DNA of 63,240 nucleotides, the filler included. It is 7 parts of 7 records of this genome, joined end to end, with 100 filler letters (N's around TTAATTAATTAA, not from the genome) between each part and the next. Parts side by side here need not be neighbours in the genome. Positions count along the whole stretch, not along the records: positions 11,839 to 21,633 come from DRR378314_2486; positions 21,734 to 33,138 come from DRR378314_2493; 5 more parts are not named here. The stretch is one strand, 5' to 3'. This document shows positions 13,496 to 24,700 of the stretch, in pieces. Positions within the stretch are counted from its first letter, which is position 1, and every line of letters starts with the position of its first letter. A program made the position numbers and the translations under genes. Under the pieces are notes generated by a model. That model ran no database searches, was not told the DNA's origin, and saw nothing but the letters and a program-made list of their open reading frames with translations.

Positions 13496-14155
13496 ATGAC
13501 AGCGGATACCGCTAACCATGAAAATGCCAGCAGAGATCGCATTGAACAGACCATACTGAGCGCTGCGGAGCAGGTGTTTTCTCAACATGGTTATCGTGGT
13601 GCCAGCCTTCAGGCAATCGCCGATATAGCAGGTCTTCCTAAGGCGAATATTCTCTATTACATGGGCAGTAAGCAGCTGCTTTATGTACGACTGCTTAATC
13701 GAATGATGAACCGGTGGAATGCGGTACTTGAAGATATAACACCTGACAGTGATCCAGCTAAGGTATTAAGCGATTTTATTCGCACCAAGATGATGCTGGG
13801 TCAGCGTTACCCCGAAGGTTCAAAGCTATTTGCCGCCGAGATTTTGGCTGGTGCGCCTTTTTTGAGTAATTACCTCTCTGGTGAGTTGAAAGAGTGGGTA
13901 GCTTCCCGTGCAGAAATTATTCACCAGTGGTCTCAGCTAGGGAAAATGGATGATGTCGATCCACGCTGGCTTATATTCTTGATTTGGTCGGCTACCCAGC
14001 ATTACACGGAATACAGTGCGCAGGTAACGGGGATATTAGGGACTGAAGTGCTCAGCGAAACGGATTTCGAGTCTATTTGCCGTTTTCTTGAGCATGTTAT
14101 TTTGAAAGGATGCGGTATTTCAGCGTCGCATTTATCAAACGACTCATCAGTTTAG
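13496..14155 (+). CDS. rutR: TetR-family regulator of the RutR subfamily
   Basis: HTH ILSAAEQVFSQHGYRGASLQAIADIAGLPKANILYY; RutR-like C-terminus FIRTKM..PEGSKLFAAEILAGAP..FLIWSATQHY; AAAGGAG RBS; divergent from xdhA. Confidence 0.88.
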   Translation: MTADTANHENASRDRIEQTILSAAEQVFSQHGYRGASLQAIADIAGLPKANILYYMGSKQLLYVRLLNRMMNRWNAVLEDITPDSDPAKVLSDFIRTKMMLGQRYPEGSKLFAAEILAGAPFLSNYLSGELKEWVASRAEIIHQWSQLGKMDDVDPRWLIFLIWSATQHYTEYSAQVTGILGTEVLSETDFESICRFLEHVILKGCGISASHLSNDSSV

Positions 14156-14175
14156 CTGCTATGCCCATATTGGCG

Positions 14176-16611
14176 ATGTCTACGCTTCCCATTGAACAGC
14201 ACCTCAAGCCGATTCAGGCGGCTCTCTCTGAACATAACCGCCTAATCTTAATCGCCCAGCCAGGGGCGGGTAAGACAACCCGCGTTCCGCTGACCTTGCT
14301 TAACAGCCAATGGGCGCAGGGCCAGAAGATAGTGTTGTTAGAGCCTCGGCGGGTAGCGGCTCGTTTGGCGGCAAGCTTTATGGCCGCGCAGCTTGATGAG
14401 CCTGTCGGTAAGACAGTTGGCTATCGTATGCGAGGGGACAGCAAAGTGGGGCCGCACACACGCTTGGAGGTGGTCACCCAGGGCGTCCTGACGCGTATGT
14501 TGCAAGATGATCCGTTGCTCGAAGGCGTCGCCGGTATCATCTTCGATGAGTTTCATGAGCGCAGCATAGAAGCAGATCTTGGGCTGGCGCTATCGCTGGA
14601 TATTCAGCAAAGCATTCGCGATGACTTACGACTGATGGTGATGTCTGCGACGTTAGATGTTGCTGCGTTAAAAAGCGTATTGGGCAGCGATACATCCGTG
14701 ATTGAAAGTACGGGGCGTGAATTCCCAATTGAAACGTATTATCGCCCTTTTAGTAGCGAGGAAGCGTTAGACACAGCCGCTTACCGAGTGGTAACCGAAG
14801 CCTTGGCGAATGCCGATAGCCGCGGCGTGTTGGTGATTTTACCTGGGGTGGCAGAGATAACTCGGCTAGTGCAAATGCTGGAAAATAGCACCTTTGATAT
14901 TGAGGTGCGCGCTTTACATGGCGGCATGCCTATCGAGGCGCAACAAGCTGCATTGAAGTTACACGAAACTCGCCAGCGGGTGATTGTATCGACGGCCATT
15001 GCGGAATCCAGCGTGACAGTTGATGGCGTTAATGTGGTTATTGACGCTGGCTTGGAGCGTGTGCCGTTGTTTCAGCCGCGAACTGGGCTCACTCGACTAA
15101 CTACCCGGCGTGTCAATCGTGCCAGCGCTGATCAACGTCGTGGTCGTGCAGGGCGGCAACAGCCGGGTGTATGTTATCGCTTGTGGTCTCAAGAGCAGCC
15201 ACTGGTTGCTTACGGTGAACCTGAGATTGCCCAAGCTGATTTATCAAAACTTGCGCTTGAGGTTGCCGTATGGGGAGCTCGTTCGCCCGAAGAGTTAGTT
15301 TGGATGACACCACCGCCTAACGGTGCATGGCAAAGTAGCCAAGCTTTGCTTCGTCAGCTTGGTGTTCTAGATGCAGCGGGTTTATTAACACCATTAGGTA
15401 AGCAAAGTGCGCGTTGGCCGCTTGAACCTCGTTTAGCGGTCATGCTGTCAAAGGCAGTGTCATTGGATGCATTACCGCTCGCCTGTGCTTTAGCAGCTCT
15501 GCTAGAGGGTAGAGAGCGTGTTAGTGGCTCGCTAAGAGATGCGCTGGCTCAGCGGCTCAGCCAACCCTGGCGATTTCCTCAATGGCAACGAGTAACCAAG
15601 CGCCTTATGGACATGGCTAGCCTTCAGATGCCACATAAGCTACCGCTTGAGCCGCTTAGCTATCTGCTGGCGATGGCTTACCCGGATCGCGCTGGTCAAT
15701 TCATCAGTCCAGGTCGGTTCAAGCTGGCCAATGGCAAAACCGCCACGCTCTCCGTTAGTCACCCCCTAGCGAATGAAGCATTTATCGTCGCTGTTAGCGT
15801 AGAGAGTGCCAGTAGTGAGGCGGCAATTTACCTGGCAGAACCGACTACGCAAGCAGCGCTTATTGACCTTTACCCGGCAACTCAACAGTGGGAGGAGCGT
15901 GTTACTTGGTCAGATGCCCAAGGAAAGCTTCTTGGTGAAGCTGTTCAGCGCCATGGTGAACTTGTGTTGGCAAGTCGGCCCTTAGCGGAGTTATCTGGAG
16001 AGGCTGTCCAACAGGCGTTGCTGCGCGCATTAAAGCAACGCCCTGCGGCGCTTTTTAATGGCAAGGTTAAGCAATTACAGGGGCGAATGGCGCTAGTGGC
16101 GAGTATTTATTCTAACGTATGGCCTGACTGGTCAGAAAGCGCGCTATTAGACAGTTTGGATGTATGGCTGGCACCTTACATGACGGGTATGGCACGCTTC
16201 AGCCAGCTAGAAAAAATGCCATTCCATACCTACTTAATGGCAACGCTCAGTTGGGATGAGCAAACCCATTTTGAGCGTTTAACACCGTCGACAATAATGG
16301 CTCCTAGCGGTAATCGAGCAGCCATTGATTATGAGCCCTGCCTAACAGGAAGGCCGCCAGTGCTTGCTTTGAAGTTACAGGAAGCGTTTGGCTGGCAGGA
16401 TACTCCCGCCGTTGCGGACGGTCATGTGCCGGTTGTCATTCATCTGCTTTCACCGGCAAAAAGGCCGCTTCAAGTTACTCAGGATTTACGTAGTTTTTGG
16501 TTGAATGGCTACCCAGAGGTGCGTAAAGAGATGCGTGGCCGCTACCCTAAACACCCCTGGCCAGAAGATCCAATTACCGCTCAAGCAACGGCATCTACAA
16601 AACGAAGGTAA
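14176..16611 (+). CDS. hrpB: ATP-dependent DEAH-box RNA helicase HrpB
   Basis: PGAGKTT, LEPRRVAAR, FDEFHERS, MSATL, STAIAESSVTVDGV, QRRGRAGR and C-terminal LLSPAKRPLQVTQDLRSFW..YPEVRKEMRGRYPKHPWP. Start is 14161 or 14176. Confidence 0.95.
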   Translation: MSTLPIEQHLKPIQAALSEHNRLILIAQPGAGKTTRVPLTLLNSQWAQGQKIVLLEPRRVAARLAASFMAAQLDEPVGKTVGYRMRGDSKVGPHTRLEVVTQGVLTRMLQDDPLLEGVAGIIFDEFHERSIEADLGLALSLDIQQSIRDDLRLMVMSATLDVAALKSVLGSDTSVIESTGREFPIETYYRPFSSEEALDTAAYRVVTEALANADSRGVLVILPGVAEITRLVQMLENSTFDIEVRALHGGMPIEAQQAALKLHETRQRVIVSTAIAESSVTVDGVNVVIDAGLERVPLFQPRTGLTRLTTRRVNRASADQRRGRAGRQQPGVCYRLWSQEQPLVAYGEPEIAQADLSKLALEVAVWGARSPEELVWMTPPPNGAWQSSQALLRQLGVLDAAGLLTPLGKQSARWPLEPRLAVMLSKAVSLDALPLACALAALLEGRERVSGSLRDALAQRLSQPWRFPQWQRVTKRLMDMASLQMPHKLPLEPLSYLLAMAYPDRAGQFISPGRFKLANGKTATLSVSHPLANEAFIVAVSVESASSEAAIYLAEPTTQAALIDLYPATQQWEERVTWSDAQGKLLGEAVQRHGELVLASRPLAELSGEAVQQALLRALKQRPAALFNGKVKQLQGRMALVASIYSNVWPDWSESALLDSLDVWLAPYMTGMARFSQLEKMPFHTYLMATLSWDEQTHFERLTPSTIMAPSGNRAAIDYEPCLTGRPPVLALKLQEAFGWQDTPAVADGHVPVVIHLLSPAKRPLQVTQDLRSFWLNGYPEVRKEMRGRYPKHPWPEDPITAQATASTKRR

Positions 16612-16652
16612 CGTTAATAACACCGTTTAAAGAGAAGCCAGATCGAAGAAGG

Positions 16653-16868
16653 TCATTGCGTTTGCTCTTCAGGTATTTTACCTGGCACGCGATAGCGTAC
16701 TCCGTCGGCACGCTGCTCTTCATAACGCCGGTTTTCTTCTTCTGGGGGCACGCCAAGCACAGTCTCTTGCGAGCCATCCGGCCAAGTGTAAGTTGTGCAG
16801 CCAGTCAACGATACTAAGACCACGGTTATTAACGAGAACAACGAAATAAATCCACGACATTTGGGCAT
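16653..16868 (-). CDS. Small lipoprotein, unknown function
   Basis: Basic N-terminus, hydrophobic stretch, lipobox LTGC; GGAG upstream of ATG at 16868. Confidence 0.7.
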   Translation of the reverse strand: MPKCRGFISLFSLITVVLVSLTGCTTYTWPDGSQETVLGVPPEEENRRYEEQRADGVRYRVPGKIPEEQTQ

Positions 16869-16969
16869 ATTAGGCTCCATCACCAGTCAAAAGCTGCTCT
16901 TAGCAAAGCGTGCGTAGTGTGAATGGCACGACTGTAAGTCGCAAGCTTAATCCCAAATTGTTAGATTTG

Positions 16970-17329
16970 TTAGATTTCTTCCCAAAGACTACGTCGAAAC
17001 TCATGGGAAAGCTGGGATACCTTAGCAAAACGCTCAAGATTAGCATCGGTAAGCGTTTTGACCATTTCTTGGTAATGCTCAGTGAGTTCCTTAGCGCTGC
17101 AGTTTTCTTGGTCATCAGTCAGGCATAGCGTCAGTTTTTCACTACTTTTAGCGATAGCTTGGAAAAGCTCGGCCTCCAGCTGCATGGCTTCTGTCACGCT
17201 CTCAAGCCACGCAATCTGACAACGTACCATTGGCATGGTGCTCAATAGGCAGTAATGCTGCCACCAAGCTGCGATATCTTGGTTCGTGTCGTTGACGGAT
17301 GAGGGCTGCTTTTTGTTTGTATGGTCCAT
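16970..17329 (-). CDS. Hypothetical helical protein (weakly phasin-like)
   Basis: 119-aa ORF with AGGA upstream and amphipathic helical pattern; no diagnostic motif. Confidence 0.6.
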   Translation of the reverse strand: MDHTNKKQPSSVNDTNQDIAAWWQHYCLLSTMPMVRCQIAWLESVTEAMQLEAELFQAIAKSSEKLTLCLTDDQENCSAKELTEHYQEMVKTLTDANLERFAKVSQLSHEFRRSLWEEI

Positions 17330-17461
17330 AGTAGGTTCCTATCGAGTTTTTCAATTTGTGAGGCATTCTTCACAGGTTCTCCTATCTTCAACTATAGCTA
17401 AAGCTCTGCAGAAGAGTTGTTCATTCAGGCGACGCAATACGTGATAACGAGGAGAGGCGCA

Positions 17462-17635
17462 ATGTGGTCAGTCGTTAAATCAGTACTGTCAGCACTGCTA
17501 GGCGTACAAAATGACCTCAAGCGGCAACAGGATTTTTCTAGCGGTAACCCCGCGGCCTTTATTGTGACGGGAATTGTAATCACGCTCGTATTTGTTCTGA
17601 TCTTGGTCGGGATTGCAGTGATTGCGTCGCGATGA
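17462..17635 (+). CDS. DUF2970-family small membrane protein
   Basis: MWSVVKSVLSALLGVQ..RQQDF..GNP..FIVTGI pattern; GGAGAGG RBS; this family commonly sits in cox clusters. Confidence 0.75.
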   Translation: MWSVVKSVLSALLGVQNDLKRQQDFSSGNPAAFIVTGIVITLVFVLILVGIAVIASR

Positions 17636-17760
17636 AGCGTTGATACACCTCACGATAGTTGTTCGTGACGAATGCCACATGTTTTCTATACTGACGTTAA
17701 TCAGTTAATCCTGACCTAATAAAAAGGTTGGCGAGAACAACAATAATAACGGAGGTTCCT

Positions 17761-18876
17761 ATGCATCTATCGTGGCAATGGCTGCTAACCATTACCAGTG
17801 CCTTCAGTATCACTCAAGCTCATGCTAATAGCTGGAATATGCCTGTTGGGGTCACCGATATCAGCCAAGATATTTTTGGTCTGCATATGGCGATTTTTTG
17901 GGTATGCGTGGTCATTGGGGTGATTGTGTTTGGGGTGATGTTTTACTCACTATTTAAATACAGACACTCAAAAGGGGAAAAAGCGGCGAATTTTCATGAG
18001 CACACCTCCGTAGAAATTCTTTGGACCGCTATTCCTATTCTGATTTTGGTTGGAATGGCCGTGCCCGCAACGGCGACGTTGAAGAGTATGTACGACGCTT
18101 CAGAAGCTGATCTAGATGTGATGATTACTGGCCAACAATGGCGCTGGCGCTACGAGTACCTTGGTGAAGATGTTGCGTTTACCTCCAATATGAGTACACC
18201 AACTGAACAAATTCGTGGAGAAAAAGCGAGAGATGAACACTATTTGTTAGACGTAGATGAGCCATTGGTACTGCCGATCAATCGTAAAGTGCGTTTTTTA
18301 ATGACGTCGGATGACGTTATTCACTCTTGGTGGGTGCCTGAACTAGCCGTTAAGCAGGATACGATTCCTGGGTTCATCAATGAGAATTGGGTGAAAATTA
18401 ATGAACCGGGCATCTATCGTGGCCAATGTGCTGAGCTTTGCGGCGTTAACCACGGGTTTATGCCAGTGGTTGTGCATGCGATGGAAGAAGAAGAGTTCGA
18501 GGCATGGTTGGCAGAACGTAAAGAAGCCGCAGAGCAAGAGGCTATGGGGGTTGACCGGGAGTGGGAGATGGAGGATTTGATGGCGCGGGGAGAGACCGTT
18601 TATCAGACTATCTGTTCTGCCTGTCACCAAAGCGAAGGTCAGGGGGCGCCACCCGCATTTCCTGCACTAGCCAACAATAATCAACTGATTAGTGATTTAG
18701 ATTGGCACCTGAATCGGGTTATTAACGGTGTTTCTGGCGCTGCTATGCCGGCATTCCGCAGTACGTTAAATCCTGTCGAAATAGCCGCTGTTGTTACTTA
18801 TACCCGCAATGCTTGGGGCAATGAGACAGGTGATGTGGTGCAGCCAGCTACGGTGGCCGAACGTATTGCACAATAA
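17761..18876 (+). CDS. coxB: Cytochrome c oxidase subunit II with C-terminal cytochrome c domain
   Basis: EILWTAIP, GQQWRWRYEY, CuA ligands DVIHSWW and CAELCGVNHGFMP, heme c motif CSACH; GGAGG RBS before ATG 17761. Confidence 0.96.
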   Translation: MHLSWQWLLTITSAFSITQAHANSWNMPVGVTDISQDIFGLHMAIFWVCVVIGVIVFGVMFYSLFKYRHSKGEKAANFHEHTSVEILWTAIPILILVGMAVPATATLKSMYDASEADLDVMITGQQWRWRYEYLGEDVAFTSNMSTPTEQIRGEKARDEHYLLDVDEPLVLPINRKVRFLMTSDDVIHSWWVPELAVKQDTIPGFINENWVKINEPGIYRGQCAELCGVNHGFMPVVVHAMEEEEFEAWLAERKEAAEQEAMGVDREWEMEDLMARGETVYQTICSACHQSEGQGAPPAFPALANNNQLISDLDWHLNRVINGVSGAAMPAFRSTLNPVEIAAVVTYTRNAWGNETGDVVQPATVAERIAQ

Positions 18877-18906
18877 TTTAAGGTACTAACAATAAATCAG
18901 GCGGAG

Positions 18907-20556
18907 ATGCTCATGGCGCCCAAACTACCTCCTCAACACTCGCTGCAACATAGCTCTACTGCAGCGGCTGGCGGTCATTCTCATCACGACCATGCGGCTC
19001 AGCCCAAAGGGATACTGCGATGGGTTCTGACAACCAACCATAAAGAAATTGGTTCTCTGTACCTGATCTTTTCTCTCACCATGTTTTTTGTTGGAGGCAT
19101 ATTTGCCCTAGTCGTGAGAGCCGAACTATTTCAACCTGGTTTACAGCTTATAGAGCCAGAATTTTTCAACCAAATGACCACCATGCATGGATTAATCATG
19201 GTGTTTGCTGCGGTAATGCCAGCGTTTACTGGGTTAGCCAATTGGATGATTCCGCTTCAGATTGGTGCGCCGGATATGGCGCTGCCCAGGCTTAATAACT
19301 TTAGTTTCTGGCTGCTTCCGGTGGCGTTTACATTGCTACTTTCTACGCTATTCATGCCGGGCGGTGGGCCTAATTTTGGCTGGACATTTTATGCGCCGTT
19401 ATCGACGACTTACGCACCTGCCTCCACAACATTCTTTATTTTAGCTCTGCACATTGCAGGTATTAGCTCGATTCTTGGGGCTATAAATATTATTGCGACC
19501 ATTCTGAATATGCGCGCACCTGGAATGCGCATGATGGATATGCCGCTGTTCGTATGGACATGGTTAATTACGGCTTTTCTATTGATTGCGGTAATGCCTG
19601 TACTAGCGGGCGTTATTACCATGATGCTGATGGATATTAACTTCGGTACCAGTTTCTTTGACGCTGCGGGCGGCGGCGATCCAGTGCTTTTCCAGCACTT
19701 ATTTTGGTTCTTTGGCCATCCTGAAGTTTACATCATGATTTTGCCGGCTTTTGGTATTGTCTCAGCCATTATTCCTACCTTCGCGCGTAAGCCGTTGTTT
19801 GGATACGCGTCTATGGTGTATGCCACGGCAGCTATCGCGCTGCTGTCATTTTTAGTGTGGGCACACCATATGTTTATCGTCGGTCTTCCGCTAACAGCGG
19901 AGCTATTTTTCATGTACTCGACCATGCTGATCGCCGTGCCCACAGGCGTGAAAGTATTTAATTGGGTGACCACGCTGTTTCGTGGCTCGATCAGTTTTGA
20001 ACCGCCCATGCTGTTTGCTTTGGCTTTCGTGGTTCTATTCACCATAGGCGGTTTCTCAGGACTAATGTTGGCCATTGCACCTGCGGATTTCCAATACCAC
20101 GATACCTATTTTGTCGTAGCGCATTTTCATTATGTGCTAGTACCCGGTGCTATTTTTGCCATTATGGCTGGCGTCTATTATTGGCTACCCAAATGGACAG
20201 GTTATTATCCTAACGAGCGACTTGCTCAATGCCATTTCTGGTGCTCTATTGTTGGCGTTAATCTAACGTTTTTCCCTATGCATTTCGCAGGCTTGGCGGG
20301 CATGCCAAGGCGTATTCCCGACTATGCATTACAATTTGCGGATTTCAACTTACTCTCCAGCATTGGTGCCTTCTTTTTTGGTGCGTCACAGCTGATGTTT
20401 GTATTGGTTGTGGTGATGTGTGTAAGAGGAGGTAAAAAAGCACCTGCAAAAGCTTGGGAAGGCGCAGAAGACCTAGAGTGGAGCGTCCCCAGTCCGGCAC
20501 CGTTGCACACCTTTGAAACACCGCCAGTATTTAACCGTACCCATCATCATGACTAA
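18907..20556 (+). CDS. coxA: Cytochrome c oxidase subunit I (A-family)
   Basis: [47 protein letters not shown]. Confidence 0.97.
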   Translation: MLMAPKLPPQHSLQHSSTAAAGGHSHHDHAAQPKGILRWVLTTNHKEIGSLYLIFSLTMFFVGGIFALVVRAELFQPGLQLIEPEFFNQMTTMHGLIMVFAAVMPAFTGLANWMIPLQIGAPDMALPRLNNFSFWLLPVAFTLLLSTLFMPGGGPNFGWTFYAPLSTTYAPASTTFFILALHIAGISSILGAINIIATILNMRAPGMRMMDMPLFVWTWLITAFLLIAVMPVLAGVITMMLMDINFGTSFFDAAGGGDPVLFQHLFWFFGHPEVYIMILPAFGIVSAIIPTFARKPLFGYASMVYATAAIALLSFLVWAHHMFIVGLPLTAELFFMYSTMLIAVPTGVKVFNWVTTLFRGSISFEPPMLFALAFVVLFTIGGFSGLMLAIAPADFQYHDTYFVVAHFHYVLVPGAIFAIMAGVYYWLPKWTGYYPNERLAQCHFWCSIVGVNLTFFPMHFAGLAGMPRRIPDYALQFADFNLLSSIGAFFFGASQLMFVLVVVMCVRGGKKAPAKAWEGAEDLEWSVPSPAPLHTFETPPVFNRTHHHD

Positions 20557-20591
20557 TTAGCTGTCCATCAGTGAATGGTCTAGGGGGATAT

Positions 20592-21182
20592 ATGGCAGTC
20601 AATGATACGGTGCAATCAGTTGGGGTTAAACGGACAGTCATTCGTACAGTAGCGGCGTTAATTGGGATGTTTGCCTTTGCATTCGCACTGGTCCCTCTTT
20701 ATGACGTGTTTTGTAGTGTGACGGGCCTTAATGGCAAAGTGGATACAACGGCTAAAGCCATTATTCATGAAGAAGTTGATCAGTCCCGCTATATCACCGT
20801 GCAGTTCATTACCCGAGGTGGCGCGGGGTTACCATGGCGAATGAGCGTCGAAAACCGCCAAATGCGTGTCCACCCAGGCCAAACAGCTGAAGTTGATTTT
20901 ACGTTTACCAACAACAGTCATGTCGAAAGTTGGGGGCGAGCTGTACCTAGCGTCTCTCCTTCAAGTGCTACGACGCATTTAAGAAAAATAAGCTGTTTCT
21001 GTTTCCAAGAGCAGCAGCTTCAAGGGGATGAGCGCTTGACGATTCCTCTGATATTCCAGCTAGCGCGTGACCTTCCTGAGGATATTAATACGATAACGCT
21101 GGTGTATACCTTGTACCCGGTTCATCACTTAGTAAAAGACATCTCGAAGAATGACAACAAAACGATAGGGGATTCGATATGA
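20592..21182 (+). CDS. ctaG: Cytochrome c oxidase copper chaperone Cox11/CtaG
   Basis: GMFAFAFALVPLYDVFCSVTGLNGK and KISCFCFQEQ. Confidence 0.94.
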   Translation: MAVNDTVQSVGVKRTVIRTVAALIGMFAFAFALVPLYDVFCSVTGLNGKVDTTAKAIIHEEVDQSRYITVQFITRGGAGLPWRMSVENRQMRVHPGQTAEVDFTFTNNSHVESWGRAVPSVSPSSATTHLRKISCFCFQEQQLQGDERLTIPLIFQLARDLPEDINTITLVYTLYPVHHLVKDISKNDNKTIGDSI

Positions 21183-21633
21183 GTGGCGGCTACTATGTTC
21201 CTGCAAAGAGTCGATGGCCTATTCTAGGCTCGCTGGCGCTCGGGGCTATGATGGTGGGTACAGGAATTAAGCTTGTGTACGACACGGGTACCCCGTTCAT
21301 GCTAATCGGTATGGCTTGTGTAATTACCGTCATGGGCTTTTGGTTCAGAGATGTTATTCACGAGTCAATGAGCGGATTGTACGATGCCCAAATGGATCGC
21401 TCGTTTCGATGGGGGATGGGCTGGTTTATTTTTTCGGAAGTGATGTTTTTTGCCGCATTTTTTGGCGCCTTATTTTACGTTAGAACGTTTGCTATACCCT
21501 GGTTAGGTGGTGAAGGAGCAAAAGGTGTTTCTGCGTTACTTTGGCCTGATTTTGTCGCTCAGTGGCCGTTGTTAAACCCTCCTGATTCGTCGGTGGCTGG
21601 CCCGGATAGTGTCTTAAGTCCATGGCAATTGCC
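21179..21633 (+). CDS. coxC: Cytochrome c oxidase subunit III, truncated by contig end
   Basis: YYVPAKSRWPI, WFRDVIHES, GMGWFIFSEVMFFAAFFGALFY; ATGA overlap with ctaG. Confidence 0.93.
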
Positions 21634-21733
21634 NNNNNNNNNNNNNNNNNNNNNNNNNNNNNNNNNNNNNNNNNNNNTTAATTAATTAANNNNNNNNNNN
21701 NNNNNNNNNNNNNNNNNNNNNNNNNNNNNNNNN
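21634..21733. other. Artificial contig linker
   Basis: N44-TTAATTAATTAA-N44. Confidence 0.99.
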
Positions 21734-24700
21734 CATTGGCCATTGCCAGATCAAGGTACCAGCGAACAGGATCTGCGATATAAATGTAGCCATTCTCAAG
21801 CAATCGCCATTGTTCTCTAGCTTTTACATATGGCAACGCCGGATGTGGAGATCGTCGGATGTGGGTAACAGAAAGAGCCCGCTGGTCTGGTAACGCATGC
21901 GCCACAAGGAGAAGCTTTGCATGCAGTCGCGGAGCAGCGAACCCATCGTGCAGTCCGACCGGAGCTCGGGACATTTACGTCTTGCTTGGCAGTTGGCGCG
22001 CTGCAGGTCCTATCGCTATGTTCGCCCATAGTGTAGCGGGGATCTCATCACTGAGTTCCGTGTATAAGAGCCCCTCTTTCTCGTGCTTGCTTGCATGATT
22101 CGGGTGCGTCAGGGAGGTTTCTACAGCTTCAACAGACGCGAAAAGACTGCACCTCGAGTTGTGGAAGAGTGCCTTACAGTGTCCAGAAGATACCTCCAGT
22201 GCAGCGGAAACGGAAACATGCTCTGTATGCAGGTTGGTCAAGAGAAAAAGGATCAGCGCCGACGTTATGAGCTCTTCCTGCTGTTGTGTGCCAATAAGGA
22301 CAAGGCACTAATGTTGGCGCGCCGCGCAACCATGCGTCGCACTTCCTACTGAACACCTCCCACCATCGGTGTCTTGCAATGCGCAGGTGTTTGCAGATCT
22401 TGGATGGCGATTTTACTGTGCACGCAGAAGAAGCGACCCATATTGCGTGCGCCGGAGTCGCATTTCATTTGCAGAATTTCGGAGTAGTCGAAAGGCACGA
22501 AAGAAGGCGCGGAAAGCTCGTCCCAGCACTCTTTAGCCAAGAACATGGGCAGATGCTCGGTGGCTTTCCGTGCCGTTGCGCTTGCATTTCATTCAATCTT
22601 GAGTTTCGCACCTCAACATGAGCAACACTCTTTTCCAGAACTGCAATTTGGGGCGGGGGGGGGGCAATCAGCGTCGCCACCTCTCGCTTGGAAGTGCATT
22701 GCGCGGCAAAGCGTCCGCCAAGCAAGGTCCCCGGATTCTGTTCGCTGCTTGGGGAACGCTCGCGCTCATTCCTGGGCACAGCGTTCGCGCGTGTCAAAGA
22801 GGCCCACTCACAAAGGGAATCCCTCTCGCATTGTCCCGTTTCGTGGCGCCTTGCTGCAGAACCTCCTCGCACGGGAGCGCGTTGGCAAATGCCCTTGGCA
22901 GATTAGGTGGTACGTGCCTATAAGATACTCCAAGAAACGCGCTGACGGGGGAGATTACGCCAAGCGTACGCGCGTCGAGGCATTTTCAATCTACAAGTAG
23001 ACCCTAACCTCCCATATTCCAAGCAGCGACCTCAGTGTATTCATCTTGCATCGCCGGGAATGGGCGTCTCCCTGTGTGCTGCATGAAACGGACTTGGGAG
23101 TTCCCGGATACACATCCGTAGCCGACGCGCTGGCCAGCCACAAAAAAGAAGAGACTGTTGGCAAAGCGCTGGAATTGGGCGCCGCCCACCTGAAGCTTTG
23201 GATACCGCGCTCCATGCGCCGTATTCGCAGGCCTAACCCATTTTCTTCTGGTCATCGGAGCAAGTATAGTCGCATTGCGTCGCCTCAGCGTGCGCTGGGT
23301 CTGCATCGGCAAAGTTCTCGTGGTACGTCTCCGGAACTGCACAGTTCCACATTGTTCCTGGTTCGGGCCGCGCTCGCTGACGCGAACCAAGGCTTCAAAA
23401 GCTCCAACACGCTCACATGGCCCCCTCAAAGTGCGCCCTTCACCCCATTGAAGGTAGATGTAACAAATGAGCCTTCGCGTACCGTATATATGCAGTCACG
23501 GGCGCTCGCAAGACGGCGCACTATGCTGCGGGAGTGGCGAAACAAACGACACCGCAACAGGGGCGGTGATGCTACAGGTGCGATGCGCTCAACGCACTGC
23601 GCTTTCGAATTGGACGCCCAGCTGCGTGTGGACGGCCGCAATGCGCGCACTGAGCTTTTACTGCAAGCAGGGAATTATCATTTCAGTAAGTTACATTTGC
23701 TAGGAGAAGCAACGCATGCTCGAGCACGGCGCATTTAGCAGAGGCGGCATACGCTTGTGCTTGTGCGCAGAGCGTTGTGTTCGAGAAGCGCCGCCGACAG
23801 AGTGCGTTGGGCAGCAACATGCTCACGCGCTCCCACGCAAACCGCTACCTTTCCTTCTTGCATTACGGCCAGCCCAACAAGCTGCGGGTTTCGAAATGTC
23901 AGAAGTATGCGTATGATAACAATACAGGACGTGGATTTCTCAAGAGGGATGGGCAACGAACACAATGCGACGCGCGACGCGCGGGCAAACGTACGCAGGA
24001 GCGCAACGCAGTGACGGCAAAGGCGCATGCGGAGTCTGCTGCTACTGCGAGGCGCCACGACTGCAACGTGCGGAGTACCAGAGCACAGCGCATCACTTTA
24101 TGTGTCCCACTGGTACTTCGTTTTGGAGCATGTACACATATATCGGGCAGAGACGAAGAGAGACTTCGTTTCTCAAGCCTCGGAAGCGCTATCGGTATCG
24201 TTCGTTTCCCACAGATTCAACAGACGCTCCTTTCGCCGCAGCGCGAACTCGCCGTACGCCACGACGGCGACTGTAGGGAGGACAATAAACCGCGCCGCAA
24301 CTGAAATCGCCTTCAGTACCATCGTGTATGGGTGTATATGATGATTTCTATTACAAGAAATACGTGAACAGGAAATGCAGCGCGCCCACCCCGATAAGAG
24401 TTAGCGACTGCCGCAGAGCGAAAGTGCGAGGGGCGGAACGGCCAAGCCGAACAATCACTCGCTATCGTGGGCTGCATTTGTACACGCCACCGCAGGAGCG
24501 GTGAGCCCCTCCAACTGCTGCGCGCTTTCCACCTGCAGGTAGTAAATGTTATGATTACCGGAGAATATACAGTATCTGTATTCAGAAAGCAAGAGAGAAG
24601 AGCTACTTTGGGAATTCGATCCCAGCGCGCGGGGCCCCAGCCGCGCTGTAGTATCCGGCGCACCTCCCGCGTAGGACAATGAAATTCTTCTGCCCTGCTC

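Noticed and set aside
17640-17653. FNR/Anr-like site TTGATACACCTCAC upstream of coxB
   Set aside because: The second half-site has two mismatches to ATCAA; too weak to call.
11839-21633. Horizontal transfer of bacterial operons into the eukaryote
   Set aside because: The bacterial segments are bounded by linkers, intronless, RBS-led and cut mid-gene; co-assembly is the simpler explanation. The same applies to 44493-50990.
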